From the NCBI GenBank assembly GCA_963825865.1, contig CAWGVG010000059.1:1-45362 (forward strand): 45,362 nt of DNA. Reading direction: 5' to 3'. Positions 21,216 through 33,992 of this stretch are shown one piece after another; position 1 is the stretch's first letter, and the number at the start of each line of letters is the position of its first letter. A program made the translations under genes and the position numbers. Under the pieces are notes generated by a model that was not told the origin of the DNA, did not search any database, and was given only the letters and a program-made list of their open reading frames with translations. Origin of the DNA: an uncultured Nitrososphaeraceae archaeon. GTDB lineage: Archaea; Thermoproteota; Nitrososphaeria; Nitrososphaerales; Nitrososphaeraceae.

Positions 21216-22573
21216 TCACCCGGTACATGTACCAAGCGAGCTTTCAACGAGACCTGCAGATACTTCGGACATGATATTTGTCGCTTCTGAATAATCCGGC
21301 TGAAACATCGTACCTTCTTCTATGGTAAATCCATTTATGTTTCTATTAGTCCATTATATCTTAGAGTATATACAAAATCATCGCATGTTCCAGATGTAGG
21401 ATAAAGACCCATACCTGGCTCTGCTTCATAGACTCTTCCACGCACTGATGCTATAGCATTTCTAATCCTTTTACCTGTAGATTCATACCATTCTAAATCT
21501 TTTTTATGAATATACTCCTTGTATGTAGTATCGCCTGGGCTCCCTCTTTGTCCATCATAGTCTGGATTTTTAAAATTCATATCTGGATCGTCTGTTTGGT
21601 TCTCATCATCACCCCACGGATAAAGGATTAATTCTGAATAGGAGTGGACATCTATTACACATGCAATATTCTGATAATTATTGATCAGATGAACAACGTT
21701 CCTTGTCTCTGGTTCTGAAAGAGCTTTTACTCCTCTATATATTTCCCTGACAGGGTTTGTACTAGTACCAATGCCACTATCCCAAAGAAAATCATAATTT
21801 CTGTTAATATCTACCCCTTGCGCAGAAAGACCAGGATTTGGATTTTTATTCTTTCTCCACCAAATATCTCCACTAGGTGACTGTACATAAGATCTACCGT
21901 CAGGATTGACTAACGGAAAAATATATAATTCCAAGTTCTCTACAATTTTTTTTATATCATCCGCTTCATATGATTTTGGACCAAACTTCATACCCGTCTT
22001 AGTGGTGTATGCTCCACACAAATCGAATGCAAATTTTACTAACAAATCTGGGTTCACAATTTCACGAGCATGAACTCCTCCTAGAAAAAGCATACCAGAT
22101 TTAGGGTATTGCTGTGCAGGTGGAGTATTTACGCCTATCTTTATTGCTCTTGAAGTGCGTCCCTCGTGGCTCTTTTCGGGTAAAATAATTAATTGTGAAA
22201 TAGACGGATATAAAATGGGCAATTGTTGTAAAGATGACTCTATTCCTTCTGAAGTTAAGTATCCAGTGAATGATGGTACGGAAGTTGCTTTTGCCTGTTT
22301 TTTTGTTTCTACTTTTTGAATACCTTCACTAAATGACATAATCTGTGAATTGGCAGGACTGCTATTTGGTGACTGCTTCTTCACAAGCACTTTGTAGCCT
22401 TTTTCTACAAGTCTATTTACATCGTCTAATGTGATTAATCCTTCAATTGAAAATTCATTTTTATCGAGACTTTCTACAGTAGACTGAAATAAATCTAATT
22501 CAAATTTTTGAAGACTAACTAATTGTTGTTTATTTGGGGCTATTATTACTACAAAAAACCTACTCGTTGCCAT
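21216..22573 (-). CDS. M14 zinc carboxypeptidase, frameshifted near the C-terminus
   Basis: HARE, NPDG, WRKN, GVDINRNY, DVHSY. The GFTIE...FQP segment continues in another frame after ~21350 to a TGA at 21216. Probable start MATSRFF. Confidence 0.88.
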
Positions 22574-22713
22574 TTGATAGTTATTTCCTTTTTTCGTTAT
22601 TTTTAAATGTTTGGTCCTCGGTAGGCAATTTGATTGAAAAATGTTTAGTTTACGCAAAAATTATTGAAGAGACTCTTACAACAATGATATGTTGTGTAGC
22701 TGTTGTACTTAGC

Positions 22714-22756
22714 ATGTAATGAACAAATAACGACATAAATTCAGACACTTCACTTA
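22714..22756 (-). repeat. Orphan copy of the IS630 left end
   Basis: 43 bp identical to 12762-12804 (ATGTAATGAACAAATAACGACATAAATTCAGACACTTCACTTA), same orientation. Confidence 0.92.
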
Positions 22757-23081
22757 TTTGATAGTAACCTTTAAGAAATGTTATAGGGAGCTTTTGCTGG
22801 AAAGAGTCAGAATAAAACTTACTCAGACAGAATTACGATATTATATTCTATGGTATAATATAGTACAATACTAGATACAACTGATTTCAATATGTTTTAG
22901 AAAAATATGTAATTCCATGCGTGTCTTCAAGTTAAGGCAGAAGAGTTGAGCAAGGAGTATTTGGTAGATGCCAGCATAGACTTGTATCTAATAGATCCCT
23001 AAACAAATCAACCAAAGAGAGGACCCCGGACTAGTAAAAGAAGTTACTTTCGCACATATTGAATGTTATTGTTGTTAGTTT

Positions 23082-23459
23082 CTAGGGTATAGCAGAAGAA
23101 AGACAATTCATGTCCACCATTTGATTAATCTTTTCTAAATGTGTTACTAATTCCTTCAAAACTTCAATTTTTTTATTTGGATAGTTTGCAAAACGAATTA
23201 CATTATCTACGAACGTAGAAATTGGAATTACTTCTTCTTCTTCCACAACCTCTATCCCCCTAGATGTAAGCAAATATGGCTTTGTAACTGAACCTACTTG
23301 GATACCTGTTAATAGATAATTTTGTTTTTCTGTCATCGCTGAGCTAGCTTTAGTAAAAAAATCTTTGAGTAATATTGTTTTATCTGTGATTTGTTCTTCT
23401 ATTCTGCTTATTTTGTTAACCAATTCATTTATTTCTTGTATGACATTTTCAACTTCCAC
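23082..23459 (-). CDS. Hypothetical protein
   Basis: 125-aa ORF with protein-like composition and an N-terminal coiled coil. Confidence 0.55.
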   Translation of the reverse strand: MEVENVIQEINELVNKISRIEEQITDKTILLKDFFTKASSAMTEKQNYLLTGIQVGSVTKPYLLTSRGIEVVEEEEVIPISTFVDNVIRFANYPNKKIEVLKELVTHLEKINQMVDMNCLSSAIP

Positions 23460-23661
23460 ATAAGACTACCTTCTAACATTTCTTGGCACATTATTACAGA
23501 TATACGTATTGACTTCGTGTCTATGGTTTGTCTCGAATAAAATGCTGTCTCATACGCAACAGTTGCATATGTTACCTATGATATAAAACGCACTATACAA
23601 CTTATGCAACACAGGTAACAATAGCGTTTAATACCTTTAAGACACAAATAAAGCAAATCCT

Positions 23662-23833
23662 ATGGGAAAGAAATCTCATATAACAAAGGCTACTACAACA
23701 TCAAATTCATTAAGGGCAATTATTCCTGTAGATGTTGCAAAAGACATGGATTTGAATATTGGTGATATACTTGATTGGGAAGTACATGCATCAAAAAGGC
23801 AAGATATATGTCAAGGTTAGAAAGTTAGAATAA
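23662..23833 (+). CDS. AbrB/MazE/SpoVT-family small DNA-binding protein
   Basis: Manual translation MGKKSHITKATTTSNSLRAIIPVDVAKDMDLNIGDILDWEV. A 1-nt shift in the A5 run gives KGKIYVKVRKLE. Confidence 0.75.
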
Positions 23834-24209
23834 TATCTTGTATTGTGTGTTTTTTGTTGTGGCTTATTCTTAGAAGATAAATCATTAGTTGCTTGAAATA
23901 TATTCTATATTAAATTGACTAGTGTAGATATGTATAAGGTGTACTTAGTATGAGATATGATGATTTTACGTGATTCGTCAGATAAATACATAGGAATTTA
24001 CTCATTAGTGTGAGGACCAAAGATAAGGTACCAAAAGAATGGTGCCAATCTTGATACTTAACCAAGCAAGGATGAGGTAATCTATCAATTCCTTTAAAGC
24101 TTGAACTAAATTACCATGTTAAGGATAAGGCGATAAGGCGCACGAAATATATTCTTCGATTAGGCATTATTGCATAATATTGAAAATTATTTAATTCAAT
24201 ATTAATTCA

Positions 24210-24266
24210 ATCTTTCACTGCACTTTGGGCTGCGTCTTCCCAACTTTTATCAAAACTACCAACAAG
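24210..24266 (-). pseudogene. Dodecin-family relic
   Basis: LVGSFDKSWEDAAQSAVKD matches the dodecin consensus GxSxxSWEDA. Confidence 0.55.
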
Positions 24267-24472
24267 ACTTCATCTGGGTGAAGCTGAGAACATATGTAGT
24301 AATCTATATTTTTTATTTATTTTTCAAAACTTAGCTAGCGGACTGATGATGAATTATCAGAACTAGTCCGAGCTTGCTCATAAATCAATATAGTGCAGTG
24401 CATACTTCAGATACAGATACGTATTTTCTTACATTTCTTAAACATTTAATCATATTATTTTTATATATATAA

Positions 24473-26119
24473 GTGACTAATATTTTAGAAACTATACGCA
24501 AAACGAAGAGATTAAAATATTTCACGGTATTGAAAATGTAATAAATACAGAATTAAAATTCTTCTCTACTGCAAATAGTAGAATTGATACTTGTATGAAT
24601 TATACACGACCTCAGTTAGCCATTGCACTTGATCCAATAAGAAATGCATTTGTTCAAGCGAAAAATAGAGGCGTAAGGCTAAGATATCTAACTGAAATTA
24701 CATCTGAAAATATATCTTATTGCAAAGATCTGCTGTCCGCCGTTAGTGAGTTAAGACATTTAGATGGAATAAAAGGCAACTTTATGATAAGTGAATCCGA
24801 GTATCTTGCTCCTGTTGTTGTTGAGAAAGGGAAAGTCGCAGCTCGGATTATTTATAGTAATGTAAAGGAACTTGCAGAACAACATGAGTATGTATTTGAT
24901 ACTCTTTGGAGCAAGGCAGTTTCAGCTGAGCAGAGAATAAGGGAGATAGAGGAAGGAGTAGAACCCGAATTCTTTGACGTCACAACCGATAGAGAAAGAG
25001 TATGTAGGATATTTGTAGATTTAGCAAGTTCAGCAAAGGAAGAGATGCTTGCTCTTCTTCCTAATGACAAATCCATGGTGAGGTTAGACAGGTTGGGAGT
25101 TATCGACCATATGATAAGGGCTTCCCAAAACGGCACAATAATAAAGATCATCTGTCCCTTATCTGAAGAGAATTCCGCTATTGTAAGAAAAATATCTGAA
25201 CAAGCTCCTAATATCAGAATTCTAAATGGGGTTGACTTGCCATATGGAATGTATATTGCAGATAATAAAAAATTCTTAAGAGCAGAGCTTAAGGTACCAA
25301 ACGCTGACAATATTTATGAATCAGTTGGGTTCGCAACATATTCCAATAGTAAGCTGAGCGTAGAATCATCCAAATCGATTTTTGAATTGCTTTGGAATGA
25401 ACGAGTGGTAAATGAAGAACTAAAAATGACAGATAAAATGCAAAAAGAATTTATCAATGTGGCAGCTCATGAATTAAGAACGCCTATACAACCAATACTT
25501 AGCTTTTCTCAACTCCTTCAGGCCGACAAAAGCAATAATGCCAAAGAACAGAAATTTTTAGACGCCATTGTTAGAAATGCAAAGAGGCTGGCAGTGGCTT
25601 ACAGAAAACATATTAGATGTTACAAGAATTGAAAGTCAATCATTAAAACTAAGGAAAGAGCGATTTAGCCTAAATGAAAATATAAGAAATGTAATAAACG
25701 ATGTTAATAATCAAGCAGGATTTCGCAATAACAATAATAGAACTGTTTCAATATTATTTGAGCCCGAGCAGGATCTTATAGTAGAAGCAGATAAAGTAAG
25801 GATAAATGAGATTATTTCAAATCTGCTTAAAAATGCCATCCAATTTACAAAAGAAGGTAACATAACTATTGCAGTGGCAATAGAAAAGACGCATTACAAT
25901 GAGATAATAATCAGTATTAAAGATACAGGGACAGGAATAGATCCTGAAATATTTCCTAGATTGTTTACAAAATTTGCATCAAAATCTTTTGAAGGTACGG
26001 GATTGGGTTTGTTTATCTCAAAAAGTATTATAAAAGCTCACGGCGGTAGAATATGGGCTGAGAACAATGGAGATGGCAAAGGGGCTATGTTTTACTTTAC
26101 TTTACCATTAAATAAGTAA
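24473..26119 (+). CDS. Sensor histidine kinase, frameshifted
   Basis: H-box AAHELRTP, N-box NLLKNAIQFT, DTGTGI, GTGLGL. Extra base at ~25590 (CTGGCAG). 5' end extends upstream of 24595 and is approximate. Confidence 0.88.
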
Positions 26120-26415
26120 AGCATGCATAATGATTAACTAAGACAGAGATGTAATAAGGCATCTGTAAAATATACGTTGCATTAGTACTATCCTTTAGCT
26201 GTCAATCGTCAATAAAAAAACTAAATCATATGTCAATATTAATACTAAATTATAATATTATGGGTATAACAGACAGAATGAAGCGCTTTGTTTGTTACAT
26301 TCAGGATTTAATATGATCCAATAAATTCAGAAATTCCATGGATTTTGCAAAGGACTATATAACAATATAGTACACACGATATAAGGCTCAAAACATACTG
26401 AGGAAGTTATAGAGT

Positions 26416-26805
26416 TTGAATTACAATAAACTAACCCCCGAACAAGAAAGAGTCATTGAAGATAAAGCAACCGAAGCTCCTTTCATTGGTGAATACGACA
26501 ATTTTTACGAAGATGGAACATTCATCTGTCGAAAGTGTAATACTCCTCTCTTTTCATCGAAAACGAAGTTTGATGCAGGATGCGGATGGCCAAGCTTTGA
26601 CGAAAACTTGCCAAATGCAATAAGCCGCGTGGCTGACCATGATGGAATTAGAACAGAAATAGAATGCGCAAACTGCGGTGCACATTTAGGACACGAATTT
26701 CTCGGAGAAGGTTTGACGGATAACAACACTCGGGAATGTGTAAATTCATTATCTATACTTTTTATACCAAAAGGAAAGGAGTTGCCCAAAGCAATACATG
26801 AGTAA
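26416..26805 (+). CDS. msrB: Methionine-R-sulfoxide reductase
   Basis: TEAPF, CRKC, GCGWPSF, RTEIECANCGAHLGH, RECVNS. Confidence 0.95.
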   Translation: MNYNKLTPEQERVIEDKATEAPFIGEYDNFYEDGTFICRKCNTPLFSSKTKFDAGCGWPSFDENLPNAISRVADHDGIRTEIECANCGAHLGHEFLGEGLTDNNTRECVNSLSILFIPKGKELPKAIHE

Positions 26806-27349
26806 CAATTCCGAAATGGCAACACTTGCCAACGGCTGTTTCTGGTGCAGCGAAGCAATCTTCAAAAGACTCAAAGGTATCAAATCAGTTCTACCTGGCT
26901 ATTCGGGAGGAATAGTAAAAAACCCTTCCTATGACCAAGTATGCACTGAAAAAACAGGGCATGCAGAATCAATTCAGATAGAATTTGATCCTAAAGTTAT
27001 ACCTTTTGAAAAAATTCTCGATATTTTCTGGCATACACATAATCCAACCACACTTAATAGACAAGGTAACGATATTGGCACACAGTACCGATCTGCAGTC
27101 TTTTATCATGACCAAAAACAAAAAGAGCTTGCAGAGAAATCAAAAAAAGAGCTTGAAAAAGAAGGTGTATACAAAGATTCTATTGTCACAGAAATTAACC
27201 CCTTTAAAGACTTTTACGTTGCAGAAGATTATCACAAAAATTACTATGAAAAACATCAAGACGCTCCGTACTGTAATTTTGTTATTGATCCCAAAATGCA
27301 CAAGTTGTTTCGTGAGTATGGGAATGACGTAAAAGAGGAATATAAGTAA
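26798..27349 (+). CDS. msrA: Methionine-S-sulfoxide reductase
   Basis: GCFWC, GYSGG, TGHAE, RQGNDIGTQYRS, AEDYH. Overlaps msrB by 8 nt. Confidence 0.96.
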   Translation: MSNNSEMATLANGCFWCSEAIFKRLKGIKSVLPGYSGGIVKNPSYDQVCTEKTGHAESIQIEFDPKVIPFEKILDIFWHTHNPTTLNRQGNDIGTQYRSAVFYHDQKQKELAEKSKKELEKEGVYKDSIVTEINPFKDFYVAEDYHKNYYEKHQDAPYCNFVIDPKMHKLFREYGNDVKEEYK

Positions 27350-27522
27350 CTGTCGATACGTGTTTATTATTTATTTCAGCCTGATATAGATTCTGGAGCA
27401 GAAAAGTTTGGAATGTGGATAGGGTGAAAGGATAGAATGAATGGAAAATAGAGCAAGAACAGTTTTTGGAAAGTTGCATTTACAGCACCTCTTGTTGCAG
27501 TAAATGAGTATATGATGATGTC

Positions 27523-27564
27523 ATTCCAACAGCATATGTCTTAATCATCTTTGAATTAGGATGA
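27523..27564 (+). pseudogene. Lrp/AsnC ligand-binding-domain N-terminal relic
   Basis: IPTAYVLIIFELG-stop, similar to the relic at 42381. Confidence 0.45.
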
Positions 27565-29257
27565 GCTTATAATCATAGAGGAAATAAGACGGTCACCCCA
27601 CGTCGTAGAGGTTTCTAGGTTGAAGCTCCTTATGACATGATTGCAATTGCATGTCAGATGTTTTTTGTTGTTGTTTTCGTGAAACAATGGAATGCTTATT
27701 ATTAGTTGAATTACCTGAATTTATATAATTTAATGTAATGGTATTACATTGTTGATTATTTATACAAATTGTTGTAACACAAGGCCATATTGAAGTCTAA
27801 TTATATTCTACTTTGTTGGTAGCATTTGCAAGTTGATGATTTCCTGCTCCTGCAAACGGTAAAACCATCGAATAGGCGATAACAATAGTGAGGGTTGCAC
27901 CAGCTGGATAGAAATAATAATTTCTTAGCATCTATCTCTTGCAATAATAATTTAACTAGGAATGGCAGAGTTCGGCTATTACACGGATACCTAGTTTATC
28001 ACATTACCATAGTCATACCATTCATCTCAAATAAGTTTGGTTATTTAGGTATAAAATGGTAATAAAAATAATATTTAGACATTTGTATGAGGAGGTACAG
28101 ACTCATTCTGGTACTGAGCTTTGTGTGCAATGATATGACCCTTTGAGAGTCGCCGTTGTTGTCGCAGCTACATCTTTTATCGCGATATCTGCCGAACCAT
28201 ATCTGCGAGTACCCTTGTTGAAAGGTCCTATTTTGTTACTAACCCCATACCAGTAGTTTTTCTAATTTTTTCTATTGCCTTTGCATCTGCAAAGAAGTCA
28301 TTTGTAATGAATATTAAAAATTCCTTGTTTCCATCCTTCACATATTCAAAGCTGCAATCTTTTGTACAGTTTAACGATTCCCATATCCATTCTTTGCATT
28401 CATCTATTGGGAGTTGCATCATTTTCTATTATTACCTTTTTGCAAGTAACTTCTTCCTATTGCTCAACCAATAATTTAACACTATGCTAGATAATGCTGA
28501 ACTACAATGTTCTAAAGAATGATATTAGTACAATAATATACAATATTCCTTTAATCTGAAAAACGTTGTTATAGCTTTAGATTGATTATCCTGTACTATG
28601 ACTAAATGGAACTCAGTCATAGAATTTTATTCTGGCGGATAAAAGATTCTATTGATTTCAAAGAAGGTTTCTAGCAGCTCGCATTTTTATTTTCTAGGGT
28701 TTTGTCTTGATTGGTTCTGTTGTTATTATTATTGTCGCTGACGTTATCCTTGAGTTAACAGAGCGTATAGTCTTCCTAATAAGGATGATGTGGCATATTC
28801 CTACAGCTCGACTCATATAGGGCAGTCCACACAATCACAGGTCTAAAAATATGGAATGGTCGCCCCATTAGTATATAAAGCATATATAATTATTGATAAG
28901 ATGGATAAAATCGTACATAATTCTCGCACCTTTCTTTGTCTGATAAGCAAGTGCTGCTGATTGTGTTATTGTTGATGTAGTCGCTACAAATGTTTCAGTG
29001 CCTACAAGGTCCCATCATGAGTAACAAAAATTATGCTGGAACCCGTAAGTTTAAGTATGATGCTACACAGATAATAATGAGCAGCGAATGTTTATCATTT
29101 TAATGATGGGTACGATGAAAATACATGTCTAATAATAAGGGCACAGTGGATAACAACGAAACAAAAAAGATCCACATAGATACATTCTGTCAAAGCCTAG
29201 ATGAATTTGGTACTACGTTTCGTGACCGTTGCTTACGAATGGTAAAAGGTTAGGTTT

Positions 29258-29455
29258 ATGCAAAAAATATTAAAATCACTGAAATCATTCGCGAATAATA
29301 AAGACAAGCCAAAATTCTGTGTATATTGTGGTAATATGGCTACTCAGGAAGCTTTCTTTGATGTCGGCGACGGAGTTATTGTAATAGAGAAATACTGTGA
29401 TAAATGTAATGGTAGATTTAATCTACGACTGGAAAATAAAGATTTTTACAGCTGA
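29258..29455 (+). CDS. Small zinc-finger protein
   Basis: CVYC...CDKC. Confidence 0.65.
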   Translation: MQKILKSLKSFANNKDKPKFCVYCGNMATQEAFFDVGDGVIVIEKYCDKCNGRFNLRLENKDFYS

Positions 29456-30029
29456 AAAGACCAAACAATCATCTCCCTGTATCTTTTTGAATAAGATTTT
29501 TTAGATTCTATTACAGGCTCTCGCATAAAAATAAATATATAGTATTAAACAAATATACGATCGTCATTATGCATATTCATAGTTTTAATGGCACTTTAGT
29601 ATCTTCTTTTATAGCTATTCCATTGTTCTTATTGCACTAGGATCGAGCAATGGCACGGTCCATAATAGGAACTTCCTCTCTTTCAAGACAAAGAAAAGGC
29701 GATAGCATTTACGATCTAAAGACTGATAACAAAACGTAGCCAATTAAATACAATATTACTGGTAGTAAGGTCAATGATATGACAGTAAATGGAGCACTGC
29801 CTCTGGTTTCATAGTGAGTTCTCTATCGACGGTATAGCCGCAAAGCAGGTCATGCCCAAATCCTTTAAGTTCTTTCTTTAAGCTATCTATTTATTTATAT
29901 AAATTTTGATACCAGCAAGTCCCACGTCTTTGCCAACAGACTATGCATTATAGATAAAACAATGATTAATCTCAATGCAACGTTTTAATTCCCTTTAATA
30001 CATTGAACAAACGGCGTATATGTCTCATA

Positions 30030-30266
30030 ATGACACAGAGGAAGAGAGATTTTTTAGAGAAAGATATGCACAAGAGCTGCAAAAGAAGAAAAGGGAGCAA
30101 GCAAGGCGCTGGCAGCTACCAACAAAACGATGAGATGGCTGAAGAAAGAAGAAAAGTGAACCAGCAGGAAGGAAAAACACCAGGACGTAGAGGAGAAGAA
30201 ATAAAACAAGAAGAAATTGACAAGGAAATTGTCAGGCGTGAGATGCTAAAGCAGAAGAATAAATGA
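30030..30266 (+). CDS. Small highly charged hypothetical protein
   Basis: K/E/R/Q-rich ORF with purine-rich coding-strand bias. Confidence 0.4.
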   Translation: MTQRKRDFLEKDMHKSCKRRKGSKQGAGSYQQNDEMAEERRKVNQQEGKTPGRRGEEIKQEEIDKEIVRREMLKQKNK

Positions 30267-31269
30267 ATCTATCAATCAAAATAATAATAATAATAAGTAC
30301 ATATTCTGTAGTCAGCAAAAAATAATCCAGCAGGAGCACAAGATAAGATAAAGAAAGACTCATATCCACATTTCATCAATTGCATTCTTATCTAAAAAGA
30401 CGATTTGAAACCGTCAGTCAATTCTTTATGATATAGACTCTTGCAGTCTTTGATGTTATTATCTGCTGTACTATCTTTGACAACAATTTGTCTAACATTT
30501 TTCATCCTCTTTTTATCATATACTGACTGAAGAAATTTGAAACACGTAGGACATACTTCTTCTACCAAGTCAATGTCATTAAGCATTTACAATGATTTGA
30601 ATTTTACCGTAACGAATACTGTGTTATTAATATGATACATAGTATAATTTTTTGCGTTACAGAAGGTTCGTTATAATCCAAATTCAACTTTGTATAAAAC
30701 AAGATAAATAATTAATTTCTGTTTTGATGCTTAAAAAGAGTCTATATATGAAGTGTTTTAGTCTGCTATTCAGAATTTAACCCAACACTGTCAAAACCCC
30801 TTATGTGAAGAATGTGGTTGCTATTATTGCAGAGATTTTATGTCATGTTTCATTACCAAGAAACACAAACAGCACTCATCGATGCTGCTATCAGCTTGGA
30901 AGAAAAAGAACATACAGAACTGGGATGGGATTCATATAATGAAATTACTTCCATGCTTACATGGCTTAACCCTAATGAGGAAAACACCGTGAATGCGGTG
31001 ATAGTAATAGATGAATCAGTCAGACCCAAACTAGCAAAATTCCATGTTTTAAAGCTTCATCATTCAAAGATTAAAACGTAGAATTTGAATGGTTAATAAA
31101 TGATAATAATAATGTCAACGCCCACACGAAGTTACAACTGTTTCAGCAACATCATCCTGTAGTATTGCTAGATTATATTTAATGGACTATATTACAATCT
31201 AAAGTTATAGATGGTAATCAATCGGATTAATTTGCTGGATATTTATCTGTCAGAATGATACGCAGAGTT

Positions 31270-31704
31270 TTATAGTATTGTTCCATATTTTGGAAGACCG
31301 CTTTTACAGGTTTTACAGCCAAACATAGACACCTCAACTCCTTCCTTAATTCCATTTAAACTTCCTATAATTAATCTTCCTTCATTTTCTGCCAACGTTA
31401 AAGTAGGTTTGTCGTTTTCTGATACTCCATATATTATCGGTATAATTATAACAACATTCTTACAATTATGGCAGTAACCTTCAGATATTCTGCGAGGATT
31501 GTTTTCATGGTAGGCTATATGAATTTTCTCTGCCTCTTCCTTGGTAATTTCAAATGCATCCATGAGCTTATAGTTAATTCTATAATAGATCAGGTTGCCT
31601 TCATCGTATTCATTATCCTTTAGATAGGATTCATGAATCTCTTTAAGCAACTGTTTGATACCGGCTGCATTTTCATAGTACTTCATTAATATGAAATCAC
31701 CCAA
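31270..31704 (-). CDS. Hypothetical protein with two CxxC motifs
   Basis: CHNC...IPIIYG...GCKTC. Confidence 0.65.
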   Translation of the reverse strand: MGDFILMKYYENAAGIKQLLKEIHESYLKDNEYDEGNLIYYRINYKLMDAFEITKEEAEKIHIAYHENNPRRISEGYCHNCKNVVIIIPIIYGVSENDKPTLTLAENEGRLIIGSLNGIKEGVEVSMFGCKTCKSGLPKYGTIL

Positions 31705-32127
31705 AATTTAAGCAATCAATATTAAATACACAGGCTTTTGTTATCATAAACATTGTTACATTTTTAAAGTCATCAATCTGATATTTTAATAGATCTTTTA
31801 TAAAGAGGCGCCACCATTATGACTGATCAATCCATTCGTGGATGTTGATTTCTTTTTGAAATCTATTCTCCCTATTTTCAGTATATTTGGAGCCTTGGGT
31901 TGGAATTTGTACAATTAGTTAACCATCAGGCACAATATGGATTAAAACTAAAATTAGAATGCAGTTGTGGATCTTAGTCAAATATAGATTGATTATCATA
32001 TTATACTGAGCCTTCGTTAGATCCAGGAGTTAGCAAGAAAAAGGTATGTACTTTAGCTGCCTAAAGCACTAACAATTTTTGTTCATACGCACTATGCAAT
32101 TTTCTCTTTTTATCAGAATATTAAGGT

Positions 32128-32684
32128 TTAAGGCAGTTCAATAAATTTGCAACCTTTCGTTTGTGTATCAAAAATGATAATTCCACCTTCTTTAAATGCA
32201 CCAGACTCGCTTTCAACTTTTTTATGAGCACTACCAGGATTTAGAACTAATGTTGTCGCCCTCTTTCCAGTGATATTCTCATCTTGTTCTTTCGTTGAAT
32301 CCAATGGCGAGCTCTATTTTATGAGTGTGTCCACAAATTAGGACATCATACTTTTTAGTATTAACAAGTCGCTCTTTTACTTCTTTGACTGTTCCATGGT
32401 ATATTCCAAACCTTAATCCATCAAATTCAATTTCACCTAACTCGCCCTTCAATTCTCCGTCTATATCAAGGAAGTTTTTTAATAGATGTGCCTTTTCTCC
32501 ATCATTATTTCCAAGTACCTCCAATTAGCTTCGCATTCGATTTTTCAAACTCTTTGACAATACCTGGGAATATATAATCACCGGCATGTATCACGTAATC
32601 TATTCCGTGGGCATTGAATATTTCAATTGCTCGTTGTACATTCTCAATATCGTCATGGGTATCTGATATTATACCTATTTTCAT
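32128..32684 (-). CDS. Metallophosphoesterase (YfcE/MJ0936 family), frameshifted
   Basis: MKIGIISDTHD, HAGD, GNND, YHG, GHTH, LNPGS motifs spread over shifted frames. Confidence 0.88.
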
Positions 32685-32982
32685 CTATAAAGCTATAATC
32701 ATCTCTAGGCTGACTTTTATTCTTTATACGGTCCTTTGTTTTGCTAGCAAAATACAAAAATTATGCTCAAAATGTTGCCATAACCCAGTTAAAATAGTAT
32801 TGAATAGCCCACATACATATATCTGAGCAACGGAGTTCCTCTAAATCTATTCGAGTAAAAATCTATTCGGCGCTATGTTGATTGCTAATACATACAATGT
32901 CAAATATAACAAGCTCTTATAACCAAATCATATTATTGGCTTGCCTCAAAGGTAAATAAAATAAAATAAAGGGCAAGGTGGA

Positions 32983-33117
32983 TTAGTTTGCTTCAAGCTC
33001 TTTAATCCTTTCTGCAACACCTTGAGTTTCTTTATCCAGACTATCCTTGTATTCTCTTAACAACGTAATTCGTTCTTCTTTTGTAAGAAAACTTCTTGCT
33101 TTTTGAAATTCTGTTCC
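32983..33117 (-). pseudogene. Small coiled-coil protein (DUF5320-like), start lost
   Basis: GTEFQKARSFLTKEERITLLREYKDSLDKETQGVAERIKELEAN-stop. Confidence 0.55.
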
Positions 33118-33118
33118 A

Positions 33119-33290
33119 CGCCTAGGGCCGTCGACGTTCGGCATCTTCGACGCCTTCCCAGACGAGTCGGGCCGGCAAGCACATCTCTCTGGTCGTATCG
33201 CCGCGGCGCTGATGGAGAAGGCTTCTGATCTTTTCGTACAGCCGCCCTACCATAGATAAGGTCGACGTTCTTGCTGCCAAGCTCCCTTAA
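33119..33290 (+). pseudogene. C-terminal half of an ABM/quinol monooxygenase-like gene, GC-rich
   Basis: RLGPSTFGIFDAFPDESGRQAHLSGRIAAALMEKASDLFVQPP-(shift)-TIDKVDVLAAKLP-stop. 102/172 G+C by hand count. Confidence 0.8.
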
Positions 33291-33992
33291 TTGATTAGGG
33301 TGTTGAAAAATGATCATAAGATTGCGCTCAGATTGCTTTAATATGCGTGCAAATATTTCCGAACTAGAATTGTTGTTTGGACCGAAGATCCATACGAAGC
33401 GTTCCATAGCATTCAATCAAAATGAGGATGCTCTGTATATTGCTAGCATTGGAAAAGTTGTAAATAATAATAATAATAATAATATACATTTGACAGAGCC
33501 TGTACCTGGTATTATCCAAATACTGGAGTAATATGGAAGGTGATAAAGACCTCTGGCTGACAAGTATAACATGACAACAAAAAAAGACAATTTAGAAAGG
33601 CACCATCACTCCCTAAAACTCAACAAATATCGAATACTTAAAGAAATTTCTCACAAATAATCTAGTTATTGGAAAAGAGCCCATATTTCTGCTATTGCTT
33701 GATATGAGATAAAAATATGTGAAATTAATTCAAGCAAAGTTAAAGGAAGCCAGAATTGATTGTTTGCAAGTGCGAAATGATAGTATCGAACTTTTTGATC
33801 TACCAAAAAGCTTAAGACCAATAGTTATGCTAGAGAGGAAACTGTTTTAGTAAATGTATTATTGGTAGTAAGGTTCAAGCCAGTTGAAAAGAAGGATAAA
33901 TTTCTAATGGCATTTAATCATTGCATTAAAAGTCCTGTTAACGAGGAAATACGAAAGTATAAGAATATAATACACGTTGTTTAGCATGTTAT

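Noticed and set aside
6465-22756. Complete provirus around the terminase-like gene
   Set aside because: No portal, capsid, tail, integrase, tRNA or att-like repeat could be recognised.
33057-33416. 119-aa minus-strand ORF
   Set aside because: Shadow ORF crossing the GC-rich ABM fragment and its junction.
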